A stretch of 64,000 bases of DNA, taken from assembly GCF_001194135.2 (NCBI RefSeq), contig NC_068992.1:49403829-49467828 (forward strand), read 5' to 3'. This DNA comes from Octopus bimaculoides. Lineage: Eukaryota. The notes beneath the pieces were generated by a model. The model was not told the DNA's origin and ran no database searches. It worked only from the letters and a program-made list of their open reading frames with translations. Positions within the stretch are counted from its first letter, which is position 1. Each line of letters starts with the position of its first letter. Below, piece by piece: positions 61,007 to 64,000 of this stretch. The position numbers and the translations under genes are program-made.

Positions 61007-63819
61007 TGTGTGTGTGTATCTTTTAAATTTGTTTACGGAAATGTTTTCAATATGCAAATAAAGCTCCTCTTTCAATATGTCGGCTACAATCTAATGATGC
61101 TGACTGGTGAACCAGTTTTTTGGGAGTTGCATTGAACTGTACCGACATAATGTAGGATAAATATAGTAATAATAAGAATAATCATTGGATGGAATTTTTA
61201 AATATTTAATGCATCGCTACGCGTGTTTCCATAAATCACAAGTCTCTTAAGATCATAGTCCGTATTCCTAGGATGATTACCGTATAATCCGTAGTATATG
61301 TGAGAATCAGGTTGATCATCTTCATGGATTCATTTCTTCAGGTGATATGACATAAATTGTTGTTTAACAGATGGACATTTATCCCCTTTGACCAGTGCCA
61401 ACATTCGCATACTTTCGTCGGGTGTAGGCTTCCACTAATAGATTGTGTTTGCAAATTGCATATTAGGCTGTCTCTTTCTTTGTACGAAAATTATAACTTT
61501 TCCAGATTGTCGCTTTAACATTTATTAGCATAACTAAGATCACCGATAATTACTGGTATATAATGTAAATTCGTAATCAAAGTAGAGGAGTTGTAGGTTA
61601 TGAAGCGATTGTCCATAACCGTTGTAAGAAATATTTCTCTACCTACTTTAGGAATGTATGAAATATAACATGAATTTAGTAACAATTGATACGCTTACCT
61701 CATCTCTTTGTGGTGCGACAAAGCCCCTGTCTACTGCGTTACCAAAATATATTGTTTACGGAACTAACAGACCGATCCCTCATTCTCCTGAGACTGCACT
61801 GTAGATGCGTTAGTTTTAAATGTGAGAGAGGAGCTAACGAATGTTTTGCTATTTAGTTTCGTAGGGACGGGCTGGTTCTAGGAGGAATTTCTATCTTGCT
61901 GTGAATTTTGAGGAAACTTGTCTAGTGAGGTGCTATGAAAAGGAATGTGTGTGTATGTGTGTGTGTGTGTGTGTGTGCGTGCGTGCATATGTAGTTATGT
62001 GTATATTATTGTTTGCAGTTGAATGTTATTAGGGCGTTGAAAGTATTGAGCTATGTGGCGTGAGAGAGGAACAGGAAAGATGCAAAGGAAAAGAATATGT
62101 TTGTGTGCACATTATACATATTTATATATATATATANNNNNNNNNNNNNNNNNNNNNNNNNNNNNNNNNNNNNNNNNNNNNNNNNNNNNNNNNNNNNNNN
62201 NNNNNNNNNNNNNNNNNNNNNNNNNNNNNNNNNNNNNNNNNNNNNNNNNNNNNNNNNNNNNNNNNNNNNNNNNNNNNNNNNNNNNNNNNNNNNNNNNNNN
62301 NNNNNNNNNNNNNNNNNNNNNNNNNNNNNNNNNNNNNNNNNNNNNNNNNNNNNNNNNNNNNNNNNNNNNNNNNNNNNNNNNNNNNNNNNNNNNNNNNNNN
62401 NNNNNNNNNNNNNNNNNNNNNNNNNNNNNNNNNNNNNNNNNNNNNNNNNNNNNNNNNNNNNNNNNNNNNNNNNNNNNNNNNNNNNNNNNNNNNNNNNNNN
62501 NNNNNNNNNNNNNNNNNNNNNNNNNNNNNNNNNNNNNNNNNNNNNNNNNNNNNNNNNNNNNNNNNNNNNNNNNNNNNNNNNNNNNNNNNNNNNNNNNNNN
62601 NNNNNNNNNNNNNNNNNNNNNNNNNNNNNNNNNNNNNNNNNNNNNNNNNNNNNNNNNNNNNNNNNNNNNNNNNNNNNNNNNNNNNNNNNNNNNNNNNNNN
62701 NNNNNNNNNNNNNNNNNNNNNNNNNNNNNNNNNNNNNNNNNNNNNNNNNNNNNNNNNNNNNNNNNNNNNNNNNNNNNNNNNNNNNNNNNNNNNNNNNNNN
62801 NNNNNNNNNNNNNNNNNNNNNNNNNNNNNNNNNNNNNNNNNNNNNNNNNNNNNNNNNNNNNNNNNNNNNNNNNNNNNNNNNNNNNNNNNNNNNNNNNNNN
62901 NNNNNNNNNNNNNNNNNNNNNNNNNNNNNNNNNNNNNNNNNNNNNNNNNNNNNNNNNNNNNNNNNNNNNNNNNNNNNNNNNNNNNNNNNNNNNNNNNNNN
63001 NNNNNNNNNNNNNNNNNNNNNNNNNNNNNNNNNNNNNNNNNNNNNNNNNNNNNNNNNNNNNNNNNNNNNNNNNNNNNNNNNNNNNNNNNNNTATATGAGT
63101 GTGTGTGTGTCCGCACGCGCGCTCCAGTATGTAAATAGTCGTCTGTTGCAGTTTTCTACGTACCTTTCTCTATAACTCTAACACTACATGAAGTTATTAC
63201 ATACAGCTTGTAAGAATTGAGTCGGCATCTTAGCATAAACACATGCGCAGAATTCTTTGTTCTTTATGTCATAGTAAACCTGCCAACGCATACACACAAA
63301 CAACATATTCAAATATATATCCATACACACATTTGCAAATATATATATATATATATATACATGAATACAAAATATTATTATTTTCTCTCACACACACATA
63401 CGTCTAAATACAAAATATTATTATTTATTTCCTGTCAAACCAAACTCTTGCAATCTTCTTCTAGTACTTATGAAAGGTGAATGACTGAGAGAAAAATCAG
63501 CTGGGTTAAAAGTACTTCAAATTGTGTTGCTACAGTCTGGTAGTAAATAAGGCACTTTTCTTTATGTACTAGAGTAACCCAGGGTTATATGTGGGTGCCT
63601 AGAATCAAAATATGTGGGTGTTTCGTGGGAGTGGAGTGTCTTTCCAAATTGTTGTTCTATATTTGTCATTGCTACATAATGCTAATTATTAATTAATGCG
63701 TCTATTGTTGCTGCTGAATGGCCTAATGGTTTCGATTCCGCTGCATGACATCTTTGTAAAGTATCCTTTTCTGTAGCATCGGGTCCACCCATACCTTTTA
63801 TACAAAAAGTAAAGGTTTA

Positions 63820-63950
63820 ACCACGTCTCAGTGTATCTCGCTGATTCCGGTCGAGAATTACAATAAGAGTACACATGTCTGTGGAGTACTCAGCCACTTA
63901 CATGCTAATTCTATGAGCTTAGTAGTTTCGTTGATCGAACGACTGAATAC
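63820..63950 (+). mobile_element. Old fragment of the family B/C shared tail
   Basis: gagaattacaataagagtacacatgtctgtggagtactcagccacttacatgctaatt...gttgatcga resembles gagaactacgttaagggtacacgtgtctgtggagtgctcagccacttgcacgttaatt. Confidence 0.7.
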
Positions 63951-64000
63951 CCGTGGATGGAAATTCTGACCGAGATTCGTTTAGCCCTTTTGTTCTATGT

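Noticed and set aside
61340-61440. Minus frame PDESM..VKGDKCPSVKQ, vaguely like the piggyBac DESM motif
   Set aside because: A single short motif with no TTAA/TIR or other transposase blocks.

Overview
Eukaryotic, AT-rich, repeat-dominated draft-assembly DNA with 14 N gaps (about 6.9 kb), most of them flanked by microsatellites. The tRNA-derived SINE families look like the abundant octopus (coleoid cephalopod) SINEs. That assignment is my recognition, not a database result. No intact, nameable host gene is visible. Most ORF-track entries are microsatellite or N-gap artefacts. Supportable content: (1) more than 30 full or partial copies of four tRNA-derived SINE families (my labels A-D), several with clear target-site duplications (TSDs) and with swapped heads and tails; (2) five decayed mariner transposase remnants and two maT-like (DD37D) remnants; (3) non-LTR remnants: two Tx1/L1-like 3' fragments, RTE-like RT fragments, and an RTE-type ORF2 C-terminus ending in three C2H2 zinc fingers; (4) two copies of a short element carrying a minimal, dimer-type hammerhead-ribozyme fold with a shared non-canonical core base (A6>U); (5) Helitron-like 3' ends, a 24-bp perfect inverted repeat, and SINE-related minisatellites; (6) a low-confidence chain of phase-compatible minus-strand exons at 43.1, 42.4 and 40.2 kb (possibly also 30.5 kb) from an unidentified host gene. 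The most interesting candidates are the variant hammerhead, the triple-zinc-finger RTE tail, and a possible SINE-Tx1 tail partnership. None is proven from sequence alone.
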